Part shown: positions 62,882 through 64,000 of the stretch, piece after piece
Position numbering within the stretch: position 1 is the first letter of the stretch
Layout: the number at the start of each line of letters is the position of its first letter
Assembly (NCBI RefSeq): GCF_044704955.1
Contig: NC_091998.1
Location: 41,726,001 to 41,790,000 of the forward strand
DNA length: 64,000 bases
DNA from: Pristiophorus japonicus
Taxonomy: Eukaryota
Direction of reading: 5' to 3'
Made by a program: the position numbers and the translations under genes
The notes under the pieces: model-generated
What the model was told of the DNA's origin: nothing
The model's input: only the letters and a program-made list of their open reading frames with translations
Database searches by the model: none

Positions 62882-63114
62882 CCAGTGTCGCTTGCAGAAA
62901 TCTCTGGAAGAAAACCATTTTTGGGACCTTTCTTCGTTTGATCATGTTCGAGACAGTGAGAGACAGACGCAGTCATCCGAGAGCCAGACGCAAACGACTC
63001 TTGCCTTTTCCGACTTGTACCGATGAATTGAGAGGTCGTGCATTCTGCAAGATTCCCTCTGCCTCCAAGTGCCTGGAAGTTTCTGATGAGGAACAGATGA
63101 CCTTTGACCGGAAA
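62882..63114 (-). CDS. Penultimate coding exon (233 nt) of the unidentified minus-strand gene
   Basis: Acceptor tttgctcatttcccag|, donor ACTGG|gtatgg; open frame FPVKGHLFLIRNFQALGGRGNLAECTTSQ...FLPEISASDT(G). Confidence 0.55.
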
Positions 63115-63344
63115 CTGGGAAATGAGCAAAGTCATCAGTGACAGTACGCAGAAGTGAAAACAGTTGCGGGATCTGGCTGCATTGTGTGGAGGGGGGAGTG
63201 TTTATTAGCATGTGTTCCGCTGCTCAGAGCCAGCAAATCCAGCTTGTTTTATTTTGTTACTCCTTGTGCCGGGGCTACTCGAAGATGCTCTGAGAAATCA
63301 CCTTTCGCTTGTCCTGCCCAGTCGGCGATGGTAGACTGGCTGAA

Positions 63345-63920
63345 AGGGTAGATGCAGAGACAGGGCAGATGCAAAGGATGTTTCCCCTCGTGTGGGAAAT
63401 CTAGAACTAGGGTCGCTCATTAAAAACAGAGCTGAGGAGGAATTTCTTCTCTCTGAGGATCGTAAATCTGTGGAATTCTCTGCCCCAGAGAGCTATGCAG
63501 GCTGGGTCACTGAATATATTTAAGGTGGAGATAGACAGATTTTTGAGCGATAAGGGAGTAAAGGGAGTGGGCAGGGAAGTGGAGTTGAGGCCAAGATCAG
63601 ATCAGCCATGATCTTTGTTATGTCTTTAGATGCTCTGTTAATGACCCCACAAGGCAATGTGTTGTACTTGAACTGTAGTGACCTTAGTCCTTTATTGATA
63701 ATTCCAGAGTGAGGATCACACTGGTGGCCTGCCTTTTATACTAGGGCAGGCACACCTGTACAGGTAACCTGCGAGTCTCCCACTGCGGTGCCCTCTGGTG
63801 GCACACCTTGTGATAGTGCAAGCAGTAACCATGTAGGATACATGATAATCTCATTGAATGGTGGAGCAGGCTCGAGGGGCAAAATGGGCGACTCCCGCTC
63901 CGATTTCTTTTGTTCTTATG
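63345..63920 (+). mobile_element. CR1 3' fragment interrupted by a solo LTR
   Basis: gccatgatctt | insert | atctcattgaatgg restores the CR1 3' UTR. Confidence 0.8.
63616..63847 (-). mobile_element. Solo LTR (232 bp)
   Basis: Ends tgttatg...catgata (imperfect inverted termini), 5-bp TSD atctt/atctc, TATAAAA followed by AATAAA on the minus strand. Confidence 0.75.
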
Positions 63921-64000
63921 AAATCTACAACACCTACAGGAGACTGAAAGTGGTTGGATGTATCGAAAGAATGAGAACAGTTGTCACTTTCACTGCCATT

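Overview
Repeat-dense vertebrate genomic DNA, not prokaryotic. The repeat repertoire points to a cartilaginous fish, probably a shark (inference): esterase-bearing CR1 LINEs, DeuSINE-type tRNA SINEs, L2 and RTE fragments, a Gypsy LTR element and GC-rich MITEs. Most ORF-track entries are retroelement fragments or tandem-repeat artefacts. Reading the unique sequence between the repeats, I reconstructed a six-coding-exon plus-strand gene (CDS 38339-51469, 840 nt, 279 aa) in which every splice phase joins, including one GC-AG intron. Its product has a mitochondrial-presequence-like N-terminus and, by my manual comparison, resembles bacterial/plastid FabZ-type hot-dog dehydratases; this is the most interesting item. 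Also present: the last two coding exons of a convergent minus-strand gene (61420-63114); weaker candidate exons of a minus-strand transcript in the left half; a two-LTR decayed Gypsy provirus in an intron; a CR1 nested in another CR1; and a near-complete CR1 inserted in a GGTCAAT minisatellite. Repeat boundaries are approximate, and family names come from recalled consensus features rather than a database search.
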